Below are positions 19,198-28,916 of a DNA stretch of 64,000 bases, in pieces. The notes under the pieces are model-generated. The model had not been told where the DNA came from and did not search any database. It saw nothing but the letters and a program-made list of their open reading frames with translations. Location: NCBI GenBank assembly GCA_021738535.1, contig JAIPBU010000012.1, forward strand, positions 7,095 through 71,094. The letters run 5' to 3'. The translations under genes and the position numbers were made by a program. Source of the stretch: Bacteroidales bacterium. GTDB taxonomy: Bacteria > Bacteroidota > Bacteroidia > Bacteroidales > VadinHA17. Numbering within the stretch: position 1 is the first letter of the stretch; every line of letters begins with the position of its first letter.

Positions 19198-19710
19198 ATG
19201 AAAACTTTAAAGACATTATTTTCAGCATTAATTATCAGTTCATTTATCTTTTCTGGGAACGCAAACGCACAGTGTGCAACAGATGAGGAAAAGAAAGGAT
19301 CAGACATAGTAGATCTTGCAGTATCAACAGATTTCCTCAGTACACTTGTTGCAGCCGTTAAGGCAGGCGACCTGGTGGAGACACTTAAAGGTGATGGTCC
19401 TTTTACAGTATTTGCTCCAACAAACGATGCATTCTCTGCCCTTCCGGAAGGAACACTTGAGAGTCTGCTTCTTCCTGAAAACAAGGACCAGCTGGTTGCA
19501 ATTCTTTCCTATCACGTGGTGGCCGGTAAGGTTAAATCAACTGACCTGAGCGATGGTATGAAAGCTAAAACAGTACAGGGAAGTAATATAAAGGTAGGTA
19601 TTTCAGATGCAGGAGTGAAGATTAACGATGCATCAGTCAAATCAGCTGATATTGAAGCTTCAAACGGTGTTGTTCATGTGATAGATAAGGTCATCTTACC
19701 TCCAATGTAA
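19198..19710 (+). CDS. Fasciclin (FAS1) domain protein, secreted
   Basis: Signal peptide, plus FAS1 H1/H2 boxes: [10 protein letters not shown] and [12 protein letters not shown]. Confidence 0.9.
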   Translation: MKTLKTLFSALIISSFIFSGNANAQCATDEEKKGSDIVDLAVSTDFLSTLVAAVKAGDLVETLKGDGPFTVFAPTNDAFSALPEGTLESLLLPENKDQLVAILSYHVVAGKVKSTDLSDGMKAKTVQGSNIKVGISDAGVKINDASVKSADIEASNGVVHVIDKVILPPM

Positions 19711-19766
19711 GAAGGATCTGAGTTAACAAAGCGACTCACAAAGAGTCCTTGCTTTTATGACAATCA

Positions 19767-19797
19767 GGGAGGTGACTTACAGGTGCCTCCTTTTTTT
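19767..19797 (+). terminator. Putative intrinsic terminator after the fasciclin gene
   Basis: GGAGG(TG)..loop..(CA wobble)CCTCC followed by TTTTTTT. The stem is short. Confidence 0.4.
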
Positions 19798-19839
19798 ATG
19801 CATTGTTTTTTAATAAATTAATTACTGAGATGCATGACA

Positions 19840-19867
19840 GTAGAGACGCACCATGGTGCGTCTCTAC
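19840..19867. repeat. 28-bp perfect palindrome GTAGAGACGCACCATGGTGCGTCTCTAC
   Basis: Read directly; it is its own reverse complement. Confidence 0.9.
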
Positions 19868-19955
19868 CTATCTATATGTATATTAATATCTTATGGAATA
19901 AAATAATATTTATCACATTCTTTACTGTTAATTTAAAAACAGCTATATTCGCGGT

Positions 19956-20300
19956 ATGTTTCAGTTTAGTTTTTTAACTACGAATGCACTGTATATCTTC
20001 TTTGCGGCAACCTATGTGATTTCCATGGGATTGTTCTCATATACAAAATTTGAACAGAAGAAACAGGCGCGGCAGTTAGAAAAATCAGAGGCAAAAGAGA
20101 TTGTAATTGATGCGGGTCACACGCATACTGATAGTGATAATAAAGTATGCTTTTATTACGATTGCATGGCCATTAATATTACAGTTTCATTACCCTTGAA
20201 TCATAGTACTGAAGCATCCTTGTATAGCCATTCAGATTTTAAGTATTCCCGATCGCTGTGGGATTTTTCCCTTTTTTCAAGACCGCCCCCGGTCCTTTAA
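19956..20300 (+). CDS. Hypothetical small membrane protein (doubtful)
   Basis: 114-aa ORF with one N-terminal hydrophobic segment. It is followed by the hairpin GACCG-CCCC-CGGTC. No recognisable family. Confidence 0.25.
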   Translation: MFQFSFLTTNALYIFFAATYVISMGLFSYTKFEQKKQARQLEKSEAKEIVIDAGHTHTDSDNKVCFYYDCMAINITVSLPLNHSTEASLYSHSDFKYSRSLWDFSLFSRPPPVL

Positions 20301-20402
20301 TAAATGATTTAAATTTTTTTATTGCTCCGTTTACCTGTGTTTTATTTGCTAATTACCAGGTGAATAAATTTATGTAGCTAATCATTTATTAAACTATATT
20401 TT

Positions 20403-22496
20403 ATGAATTTATCAAAAATCAATTTGCTGATTATATGTATTCTGATGCCATTTTCAATGCATGCTCAGAATGTAATATTATCAGCAGATACTACGGAAAT
20501 TCCTGAGCATGATCTGGGGGAGGTATCTGTTCAGGCTTCCAAGACCAACCTTTCCCTAAAAGAGATGCCGGCATCGGTATCAATGATAACAATGAATGCA
20601 ATCAAGGATAAAGAGATACGTTCACTTGTTGATGTATCATCCACAGCGCCTAATTTTTTCATGCCCGACTACGGATCCAAGTTATCGTCCCCGGTATATA
20701 TAAGGGGTATTGGATCCCGCAAAAATTCACCTTCAATTGGTTTATATGTCGATAATGTTCCCTTCTTCGAACAGTCGTCTTTCAATTTTGACTTTTTTGA
20801 TATAGAACGAATTGAAGTATTGCGTGGCCCGCAGGGGACACTCTACGGAAGGAATACAATGGGGGGTATCATAAATATTGTCACTGCTTCACCTTTTGAT
20901 AACCAGGGCGGCAGGGTGAATTTTTCAACCGGTAATTTTGGTTATTACAATGCCAATGCTTCATATTACGGTAACGCCGGAGATTCTTTCGGTTACTCTT
21001 TCGCATTAAGTTATAAGCACAAGGACGGTTATTTTGATAATAAGTTTACCGATGATGCAGTAGACAGGTCAAATGCTTACGGATTCAGGAATAAACTGAT
21101 CTGGAAACCGGGGAAACGTATTACAATTAAGAATGTGATCAACGCTGAGCACAGGAAAGAGGGTGGTTATCCTTATGCTGTTCTGAATGATACTACACGC
21201 GTGGCAGAAGACATTAACTATAACCAGTACAGTTATTACAATCGCAAAATATTATCTGATGCCCTTGTAATAAGCTACAGCGGTGATAATTTTGAAATAG
21301 TATCAACCGGTGCTTACCAGTATCTTGACGACTACCAGGGGGTTGACCAGGATTTTACCGCTGATTCGCTTTACTATGTCACACAGGATCAGAAGCAGCA
21401 TCTGTTTTCTCAGGAGATCATTGCAAGAAGTACCCCGGCCAGTAACTATAACTGGCTTTTCGGAGCATATGGTTTTACCCAGGTATTCGATAAAAGTGTA
21501 GGGGTTGACGTTTATAGTGCCGGAATGAAACTTTTTAAGGATTATGACCATGTGATTGCGGGATATGCGCTCTTTCACCAATCTACTATTGATGACCTGT
21601 TTACTGAGGGTTTAAGCATAACCGCCGGAATACGCCTCGATTATGAGAAAGATATACTGGATTATAATTACGACAGGGAAATGGGCGGATCACTTTCAAA
21701 CATTGCAGACACAGTTTACCCGGCATTAAGCTACTTTGAAGTCCTGCCAAAGATTGCTGTTAATTATACAAGCGGCAGGAATAGTTTTTATGCCACTGTT
21801 GCAAGGGGTTATAAAACAGGGGGCTTTAATTCTACTTTCGAGAGACCTGAGGATCTTACCTTTAATCCCGAATACAGCTGGAACTATGAACTGGGAGCAA
21901 AAACCTCTCTCTTTAGTAACCAGTTATTTGCTGATATTGCCTTTTTCTATATCGACTGGAAAAATCAGCAGATATACCAGACAGTTCCCAGCGGCAGGGG
22001 GGCAATGCTGAAAAATGCAGGACGCTCGGCAAGCAAAGGGTTTGAGCTAAGCCTGACAGCCATTCCTGTATGTGGTTACGAAATGGCACTTACATACGGC
22101 TATACTCATGCCAGGTTCCTTAGCCATATTGTAGATGAAGAGACCGATCACAGTGGCAATATGATCCCATATGTACCTCGCAATACTGTAACATTCAGCC
22201 TTGGCAAAACATATTATATCGATGGTTCAACGCTTCTTGACAGGGTAAGATTAAATTTCCAGTACAGGGGCATTGGTAAGATATACTGGAATGAGGAAAA
22301 CAGTCATGCCCAGGATTATTACAATATACTCGATTTCAAAGTGGGCCTGATGAGCAAAAATCTTGGTCTGGACTTCTGGTTTAAGAATATCCTGAATACA
22401 GGGTATGAGTCTTTTTATTTCCAGTCGCTTGGACGAGAGTATGTCCAACTGGGAAAACCAATGCATTTTGGAGTACGTTTATCTGCTAATTTCTAA
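20403..22496 (+). CDS. TonB-dependent outer-membrane receptor (iron-complex type)
   Basis: Signal peptide and plug region MPASVSMIT..VYIRGIGSR..IERIEVLRGPQGTLYGRNTMGG. A long barrel ends in a terminal aromatic residue (SANF). Confidence 0.9.
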   Translation: MNLSKINLLIICILMPFSMHAQNVILSADTTEIPEHDLGEVSVQASKTNLSLKEMPASVSMITMNAIKDKEIRSLVDVSSTAPNFFMPDYGSKLSSPVYIRGIGSRKNSPSIGLYVDNVPFFEQSSFNFDFFDIERIEVLRGPQGTLYGRNTMGGIINIVTASPFDNQGGRVNFSTGNFGYYNANASYYGNAGDSFGYSFALSYKHKDGYFDNKFTDDAVDRSNAYGFRNKLIWKPGKRITIKNVINAEHRKEGGYPYAVLNDTTRVAEDINYNQYSYYNRKILSDALVISYSGDNFEIVSTGAYQYLDDYQGVDQDFTADSLYYVTQDQKQHLFSQEIIARSTPASNYNWLFGAYGFTQVFDKSVGVDVYSAGMKLFKDYDHVIAGYALFHQSTIDDLFTEGLSITAGIRLDYEKDILDYNYDREMGGSLSNIADTVYPALSYFEVLPKIAVNYTSGRNSFYATVARGYKTGGFNSTFERPEDLTFNPEYSWNYELGAKTSLFSNQLFADIAFFYIDWKNQQIYQTVPSGRGAMLKNAGRSASKGFELSLTAIPVCGYEMALTYGYTHARFLSHIVDEETDHSGNMIPYVPRNTVTFSLGKTYYIDGSTLLDRVRLNFQYRGIGKIYWNEENSHAQDYYNILDFKVGLMSKNLGLDFWFKNILNTGYESFYFQSLGREYVQLGKPMHFGVRLSANF

Positions 22497-22498
22497 GA

Positions 22499-23713
22499 AT
22501 GAGTAACAGTAACTGGAAAAAGTTCCCCGTATTATTCAGCCTGTACATAGCACAATCGGTGCCGATGAGTTTCTTCTCCACGGTAGTGCCTGTAATTATG
22601 CGACAGGAAAATTATTCTCTTGAATCAATAGGCTTATTACAACTTGTTAAGTTGCCATGGATAATTAAGTTCCTCTGGGCACCTCTGGTGGATAAAACTG
22701 CAGGTAAAGCAAGGCATTACAAAAGCTGGATTATCATATCCGAATTGTTCTATGCATTAATAATAGTGAGCATAGCTTTTCTCGATCTGCAAACCGATTT
22801 CAGGCTTATAGTGGTGTTTATGGTAGTGGCCTTTATTGCATCTGCAACCCAGGATATTGCAACCGATGCTTATGCTATAATGATCCTTAAGAAAAAGGAG
22901 AGAAGTATAGGCAACAGCATGCAATCGGCAGGAAGTTTCTCCGGAGCCCTGCTGGGAACGGGTGTACTGCTCATTGCTTATTATTATTTCGGATGGAGGA
23001 TATTGTTGCTATTACTTGCTTTCTTCGTTGTCTTTGCAATAATACCTCTGCTCTTATACAGGAAAGATAATAACCAGAGAACAGCCAGGGATACTCATCA
23101 GAGAGTCTCAATGGCTGATATTTACAGGTTCTTCGCGGTAAAGGGTATGCATAAAAGGGTCCTGATACTGGTATTCTATTATTCCGGCATTATCGGGATC
23201 CTTGCAATGCTTAAACCATATATGGTCGACCTGGGCTACTCTGTCAAAGAAATAGGGTTTATGTCAGGTATAATTGGCACATCGGTGGCCGCTTTAATGG
23301 CTTTTCTTTCAGGCTATATAATTAAAATTGGGGGAAGGAAAGTATCAATTTACCTGTTTGCTGTTATCAATTTTCTTGCAGCATTATATTTTGTATTTAT
23401 TTCCACAGGGACACCCGGTATTGCTTCCTTATATGCGGCTATTTGCCTTGTATGGGGAGCCTATGGCCTTTCAACGGTTATTATTTTTACCACATCAATG
23501 GATGTTGTCAGGAAAGGCAGGGAAGGAACCGACTTCACTGTACAGATTGTATTAACACATTTAAGCGGCATGATAATCGCCATAATGAGTGGTAAAGCAG
23601 GAGATGCTATGGGTTATACCGGTTTATTTGGCCTTGAAGCAGCGCTTGCTCTGTTTACTTTAATATTACTTTTGTATGCTGTTCCAAAAAATTCAGGAAA
23701 TGGAGATATCTGA
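22499..23713 (+). CDS. MFS permease, AmpG/PAT-like (RhtX/FptX-like)
   Basis: About 12 TM segments. It starts 3 nt after the receptor stop and has the LWAPLVDK motif in the loop after TM2. Confidence 0.75.
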   Translation: MSNSNWKKFPVLFSLYIAQSVPMSFFSTVVPVIMRQENYSLESIGLLQLVKLPWIIKFLWAPLVDKTAGKARHYKSWIIISELFYALIIVSIAFLDLQTDFRLIVVFMVVAFIASATQDIATDAYAIMILKKKERSIGNSMQSAGSFSGALLGTGVLLIAYYYFGWRILLLLLAFFVVFAIIPLLLYRKDNNQRTARDTHQRVSMADIYRFFAVKGMHKRVLILVFYYSGIIGILAMLKPYMVDLGYSVKEIGFMSGIIGTSVAALMAFLSGYIIKIGGRKVSIYLFAVINFLAALYFVFISTGTPGIASLYAAICLVWGAYGLSTVIIFTTSMDVVRKGREGTDFTVQIVLTHLSGMIIAIMSGKAGDAMGYTGLFGLEAALALFTLILLLYAVPKNSGNGDI

Positions 23714-25076
23714 AAAATTACTTGAAAAATATAATAAACCCGTTCCGAGGTATACATCTTATCCGCCTGCCAATCATTTCAATGAAAAAATTGATGGCAG
23801 GAAATATATTGAAATGGTTAAAGAGTCAAATACGGGGAAACCTGAAAATATTGCATTTTATATTCATATCCCGTACTGCAAGAAAATATGTTTTTACTGC
23901 GGATGTAACTCGTGCAAACTTACTTCCACGGATGAGCATCTGAAGTATCATGAGGCATTGAAAAAGGAAATTGCTATGGTTTCACGGCATATCAGCAAGT
24001 CCAGGAAAGTAACCCAGATACATTTTGGCGGGGGTACACCAAATTCTGTTGCCGTAGAGCTGATCAGTGAGATAGTTGATATTATACGCAACACTTTCCT
24101 TATGTCGCCGGATGCTGAAATTGCAATTGAATGTAATCCTGCACTACTTGACAGGGATTATGTTGATAAATTAAAAAATGCAGGTTTCATCAGGTTCAGC
24201 CTGGGAATTCAGGATTTTAATGAGGATGTTCTGAAAAAGGTTAACAGGGATCCTTCGAAACTGCCGCTGGATGAATTGATGTCTTATATAAGGGAGGGCA
24301 ACAGCAGTATAGCAGTTAACCTTGATTTTATATATGGCTTGCCCGGGCAGAACCCTGATTCCTTTGCTGAAACAATCAGGAAGGCTGCCTCTCTGAAACC
24401 TGACAGGCTCGTTACCTTTTCCTATGCTCACGTGCCATGGATGAAACCAAATCAGAAAAAACTGGAAAAACTCGGACTGCCCGGACCCACGGAAAAAATT
24501 GAGATGTTCCTGGCAGGATATAATTACCTCAAAAATAATGGCTATAAACCTGTGGGTTTTGATCATTATGTACTACCCGGAGATGAGTTATACAAGTCTC
24601 TCAAGAGTAACATGCTCCACAGGAATTTCCAGGGTTATTGTACAAGACGTACCACAGGGCAGGTATATGCTTTCGGGGTCTCGGCTATCAGCCAACTCGA
24701 CCATGGATATGTACAGAATATTAAATCTGTAAGAGACTATATTATTATGCTCGAGAATGACAGCCTGCCGGCAGAGAAAGGAATTCTGCTTACTGACAGG
24801 GAAAAGGCAGTGAGGGAGTTTATAACGCACCTGATGTGCAACAAGCAAATAAGCACTGATATGGTAGATGATATGGCGGGAACAAAAATAAAAATGTCGG
24901 ATGTAATGACGCTTAACGAAAATGAACTGGGCGAATTTGAAGCAGATGGGCTGATTGAGATCGAAAACAGGCAGATAAAAGTAACAGAAAAAGGATCAAT
25001 GTTTGTTCGAAATATAGCTGCTTCACTCGATCCTGCATACAAGCCGGCAAAGAATAAATACTCAAAATCAGTTTAG
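23700..25076 (+). CDS. hemN: Oxygen-independent coproporphyrinogen III oxidase (radical SAM)
   Basis: PRYTSYPPANHF N-terminal motif, radical-SAM CxxxCxxC (YCKKICFYCGC) and GGGTP. ATG 23700 is preferred over 23676, which overlaps the MFS gene. Confidence 0.9.
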   Translation: MEISEKLLEKYNKPVPRYTSYPPANHFNEKIDGRKYIEMVKESNTGKPENIAFYIHIPYCKKICFYCGCNSCKLTSTDEHLKYHEALKKEIAMVSRHISKSRKVTQIHFGGGTPNSVAVELISEIVDIIRNTFLMSPDAEIAIECNPALLDRDYVDKLKNAGFIRFSLGIQDFNEDVLKKVNRDPSKLPLDELMSYIREGNSSIAVNLDFIYGLPGQNPDSFAETIRKAASLKPDRLVTFSYAHVPWMKPNQKKLEKLGLPGPTEKIEMFLAGYNYLKNNGYKPVGFDHYVLPGDELYKSLKSNMLHRNFQGYCTRRTTGQVYAFGVSAISQLDHGYVQNIKSVRDYIIMLENDSLPAEKGILLTDREKAVREFITHLMCNKQISTDMVDDMAGTKIKMSDVMTLNENELGEFEADGLIEIENRQIKVTEKGSMFVRNIAASLDPAYKPAKNKYSKSV

Positions 25077-25077
25077 A

Positions 25078-26454
25078 ATGATCAGTACGGAAAAAGATGT
25101 AATTATTATAGGTGCAGGCCTTACCGGCCTGGCCCTGGGTGTCTTCCTTAAAGAAAAGGGACTGACATTCAGTATAATTGAAAAAAACGAAAATACAGGG
25201 GGCGTAATAGGTACAAGGGATAATAATGGTTTTATTTATGAGACAGGTCCCAATACGGGAGTTCTGTCGACCCCAGAGCTGATAAGACTGTTTGATATAC
25301 TAGGCGATAAGGCTGAGCTTGAAACAGCTGATAAAAGTGCCTCAAAAAGGTATATATGGAAAAACGGTAAATGGAGGGCAATGCCTTCCGGATTGTTTTC
25401 AGCTGTAGGCACACCTCTTTTCAGCCTGTATGATAAATTCAGGATACTGGGTGAGCCATTCAGAAAGCCTGGAAATAACCCGGATGAATCAGTTGCTGAC
25501 CTGGTGAGAAGAAGGATGGGCAAATCTTTTCTTAACTATGCCGTTGATCCTTTTATCTCAGGTGTCTATGCCGGTAACCCTGACAAGCTGATTACCAGGT
25601 ACGCCCTTCCAAAACTTTATAATCTTGAACAGAACTACGGCAGTTTTATCGGGGGAGCAATGAAAAAGGCAAAAGAACCGAAGACAGAACTTGAGAAAAG
25701 AGCTACCAGGGAAGTTTTTTCTGTTAAGGGAGGCCTGGGTAATCTTATAAAAGGAATGGTCGATTATATTGGTAGTGATCATATTTTCACGTCTTGCTCT
25801 GAGACCTCAATTAATGCCACAAAAGATATTTATACCTGTACATTTAATAAGAATGACGAGAAAAAGAAATTTACTGCCGGCAAGGTAGTAACAACTACAG
25901 GCAGCGGAGATTTAAATAAACTTTTACCATTTACAAACAGTTCGGATATTCAAAGGATTACCGGCTTAAACCATGCCCGCATAGTGCTGGCTGCAGTGGG
26001 CTATAATAAATGGGAGGGAGTGCCACTGGATGCCTTCGGGGGACTGATTCCGTCAAAAGAGGAACGTAAAGTCCTTGGCGTGTTATTCCCTTCTGCAATA
26101 TTCAGTGGCAGGGCACCCGAAGGTGGAGCGCAGCTTTCTGTTTTCATGGGCGGTTACCGGGATGGCAGGATAATAGATAAAAGTGATGCCGAAATAAAGA
26201 ATATTGTAATGGATGAAATGAAGAGCATGATGGGTACAGGCAATCGTATACCTGAGGTACTGGATATATTCAGGTATGAAAAAGCAATTCCCCAGTATGA
26301 ACTGTCATCCGGCGATAGATTTGCTGCAATTAATAAAATTCAGGATCAATACCCGGGACTGTACATTGCAGGAAATATCAGGGATGGTATCGGTATGGCC
26401 GACAGGGTAAAACAGGCAGGACAACTGGCAGAAAGCATTGGAATAATGGAATAA
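25078..26454 (+). CDS. hemY: Protoporphyrinogen/coproporphyrinogen oxidase, FAD-dependent (HemY type)
   Basis: Dinucleotide fold VIIIGAGLTGLA..EKNENTGG. It has the C-terminal GLYIAGN..DGIGMADRV pattern and sits between hemN and hemH. Confidence 0.85.
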   Translation: MISTEKDVIIIGAGLTGLALGVFLKEKGLTFSIIEKNENTGGVIGTRDNNGFIYETGPNTGVLSTPELIRLFDILGDKAELETADKSASKRYIWKNGKWRAMPSGLFSAVGTPLFSLYDKFRILGEPFRKPGNNPDESVADLVRRRMGKSFLNYAVDPFISGVYAGNPDKLITRYALPKLYNLEQNYGSFIGGAMKKAKEPKTELEKRATREVFSVKGGLGNLIKGMVDYIGSDHIFTSCSETSINATKDIYTCTFNKNDEKKKFTAGKVVTTTGSGDLNKLLPFTNSSDIQRITGLNHARIVLAAVGYNKWEGVPLDAFGGLIPSKEERKVLGVLFPSAIFSGRAPEGGAQLSVFMGGYRDGRIIDKSDAEIKNIVMDEMKSMMGTGNRIPEVLDIFRYEKAIPQYELSSGDRFAAINKIQDQYPGLYIAGNIRDGIGMADRVKQAGQLAESIGIME

Positions 26455-26470
26455 TGGATTGATGGATTTT

Positions 26471-26523
26471 TGTCATCCTGAGCGACCTGCCCTGAGCCAC
26501 GTCGAAGGGAGCGAAGGATCTCG
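26471..26523. repeat. Intergenic element TGTCATCCTGAGCG...GAGCGAAGGATCTCG flanked by ATGGATT-type short repeats
   Basis: Read directly. CCTGAGC occurs twice. Flanks are GGAATAATGGAATAATGGATTGATGGATT on the left and ATTGGATTAATGGATTAATCC on the right. Confidence 0.6.
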
Positions 26524-26587
26524 TATTATTGGATTAATGGATTAATCCAGTATTCCAACACTCCATTGTTCCTGTAAACAGCAGCTA

Positions 26588-27610
26588 ATGACAACAAAAA
26601 AAACAGCACTGCTACTTGTAAACGTCGGCACACCCGACAGCCCTGATAAACGCTCAGTAAGGAGATACCTCAGGGAGTTTCTTAATGATAAAAGGGTCAT
26701 TGATCTGCCGTGGCTCTTTAGAAAAATTCTTGTAAACCTCGTTATAATACCCTTCCGCGTACCAAAATCCACATCACTTTACAAACGCTTATGGACTGAA
26801 CAAGGATCCCCCCTGTTAGTATATGCGGATTCAATTGTGAAAAAGGTGCAAGGCCTAAGCAAGGAAAAAGTAAATATTTATTATGCAATGAGATATGGCA
26901 AGCCATCTCTAACAAGTGTTCTTGATTCAATCCTGAAGAGCAAGTACGAAGAGATTGTTGTGTTGCCTCTATACCCCCAGTTCGCAGATTCCACAACGGG
27001 ATCTGTCAATGAAATAGTGAATGCTTTTAAACCCCGGTCAGGTAATGCTGCAATAAAGACCATTGATCAGTTCTGGTCGCACCCTGCCTTCATTGAATCA
27101 TTTGTAACAGGTATTAAAAAGCATCCCTTACATGAATATGATCATGTTGTTTTTTCATACCATGGCTTGCCACTAAGACAGATAAATAAGATTCACAAAG
27201 AGCATGACAGCAGGAGATGTATTTGCGATAGTGAGATGCCTCCATGGGGACATCATTGTTATAAGGCAGCATGCTACGGAACCACTCGCCTTCTCACTGC
27301 GAAGCTTGGCCTTGAAGAAGGGCAGTACAGCACATCTTTTCAATCGCGGCTAAACCGGAACTGGTTGTCGCCTTTTACCGATGAAACACTCATGAAACTT
27401 GCCAGCGAAGGTAAAAATAAGGTTCTTGTTGTAGCACCCTCATTTGTCACGGACTGCCTGGAAACAATCGTTGAAATAGGACAGGACTACAAAAAGTTAT
27501 TCCTCGAACATGGTGGCTCAGAGCTTACCCTTGTTGAAAGTCTAAATGACAGTTCTTCATGGGCAGATGCCATCCTGAAGATCAGCAAACTGCAGGCTGT
27601 GGATTACTAG
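26588..27610 (+). CDS. hemH: Ferrochelatase
   Basis: LLVNVGTPD, RYLREFL, VVLPLYPQF, FSYHGLP and FVTDCLET motifs. Confidence 0.9.
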   Translation: MTTKKTALLLVNVGTPDSPDKRSVRRYLREFLNDKRVIDLPWLFRKILVNLVIIPFRVPKSTSLYKRLWTEQGSPLLVYADSIVKKVQGLSKEKVNIYYAMRYGKPSLTSVLDSILKSKYEEIVVLPLYPQFADSTTGSVNEIVNAFKPRSGNAAIKTIDQFWSHPAFIESFVTGIKKHPLHEYDHVVFSYHGLPLRQINKIHKEHDSRRCICDSEMPPWGHHCYKAACYGTTRLLTAKLGLEEGQYSTSFQSRLNRNWLSPFTDETLMKLASEGKNKVLVVAPSFVTDCLETIVEIGQDYKKLFLEHGGSELTLVESLNDSSSWADAILKISKLQAVDY

Positions 27611-28032
27611 CTGATTGTCAGGATATCTCCTTCTTTCTTAACATTGTATGTTTTCAGGGGACTGCTGGCCGGCCCCTGGAGGACAGTCCCGTCCAATGCA
27701 AATACCGAATCATGGCAGGGACATAGCAGGTTATCATTAGCAGCTACGTAGCCAACCGTACATCCATTGTGGGTGCAAACACTGGATAGGGCAATGAAAT
27801 TATCGTTACCCGTATTTATAATAATAACTCCGCTTTTAACAAGGTAACCACCCTCGTTTGTCAATGAGTTATTAGCACTGTCGGAAAGGTCAATAATGAT
27901 ATCATCATTTGTATTGTTATTATTATTGTTTGAGTCCGGGTCTTCTTTTTCGCATGAACTTAAAGTTGCCGTGACCAGGAAAACAGTTGTTCCTCCCAGG
28001 AAGATTTTATTAAGAGCTTCTCTTCTTTTCAT
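27607..28032 (-). CDS. Rieske [2Fe-2S] domain lipoprotein
   Basis: RREAL-type signal ending in the lipobox LSSC, then a poly-Asn linker. The Rieske boxes are CTHNGC and CPCHDS. ATG 28032 is preferred because 28038 is TTG. Confidence 0.85.
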   Translation of the reverse strand: MKRREALNKIFLGGTTVFLVTATLSSCEKEDPDSNNNNNNTNDDIIIDLSDSANNSLTNEGGYLVKSGVIIINTGNDNFIALSSVCTHNGCTVGYVAANDNLLCPCHDSVFALDGTVLQGPASSPLKTYNVKKEGDILTIS

Positions 28033-28034
28033 AA

Positions 28035-28916
28035 TCAATAATTTTTTGATGTTAAGTAAAAAGTTCTGATAAGGTTAAATCCAAAATATATATTTCCATC
28101 AAGCCATCTGCCTGGATTATTTACAAGCATGGATTTATTGAACATACCAGTGGAATTGGAAAAAATTAACTGGAAGAGATGACCCCCGGTATCGAGATCA
28201 ACTCCAATACTTAAAGGATTATAATTTGTAAAAGGGGTATCGGTAAAACCGTAATAATACTCGGCTGTTAAGCTTACCTTCTCATTTATCCTGATACTCC
28301 CACCTGATCCAAGGGCATAATACATAAAGCTGTCGGCTATCCTGTAATCATAAGTGTTATAAACGAAAGAAGGTGATAGCATTAACGATAGCATTCCAAT
28401 TTGTCTTCCAACCAGTAACTGACCGCTGTACGCAAGCCTGCCGGACAGCTTATCATATTCATCCGGGTAGATATTCCTAAGTGTGTTTCCAGAAACCTGG
28501 AAAAAAACGTTGATGTCAAGTGGCTTGTTACCAGTGTCATTCTGTTTTAACAGTGATGCTTCTATTCCTGCGTCGTATGTTTTTTCAAATGTACTCCTGC
28601 CGATTGAGGCAGACAGCCAGTCATTGAATCCATATTCAAAGCCAAAGCGCATGGTAGCAACATCAAGCCCGAAGAGATCATATAAGCCATTGGATATATT
28701 GCCGAACCTGTGCTGAATGTTCAATTTTAACTCTCCGGGAAAAGCCTGCTCTGTAGACTGACCATTGTGAATAAGCGAACCTTTGAAGAGTTGTAAGCTT
28801 TCAGATTCCTGCCCCGGTGTGACTGTTTGGAGGCTATCAAGCAAAGACTGTGAGAATACGGCAGTGCTGGTTGCCGATAATACAATAGAGATAATAATTA
28901 ATCTAAATCTTTTCAT
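28035..28916 (-). CDS. Secreted beta-barrel-like protein of unknown function (DUF5777-like)
   Basis: Signal peptide and a strand-rich Gly/aromatic sequence. It is translationally coupled (ATGA overlap) to the upstream YceI gene. Confidence 0.45.
   Translation of the reverse strand: MKRFRLIIISIVLSATSTAVFSQSLLDSLQTVTPGQESESLQLFKGSLIHNGQSTEQAFPGELKLNIQHRFGNISNGLYDLFGLDVATMRFGFEYGFNDWLSASIGRSTFEKTYDAGIEASLLKQNDTGNKPLDINVFFQVSGNTLRNIYPDEYDKLSGRLAYSGQLLVGRQIGMLSLMLSPSFVYNTYDYRIADSFMYYALGSGGSIRINEKVSLTAEYYYGFTDTPFTNYNPLSIGVDLDTGGHLFQLIFSNSTGMFNKSMLVNNPGRWLDGNIYFGFNLIRTFYLTSKNY

Noticed and set aside
19868-20402. Riboswitch (for example cobalamin) or leader upstream of the TonB-dependent receptor
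   Set aside because: I found no B12-box-like or other recognisable riboswitch core. The region is mostly covered by a doubtful 114-aa ORF, and only short weak hairpins are present.
23676-23699. Longer HemN start at ATG 23676
   Set aside because: It overlaps the MFS gene by 38 nt. The second ATG at 23700 gives MEISEKLLEKYNKPVPRYTSYP, a typical HemN N-terminus. Kept as an alternative only.
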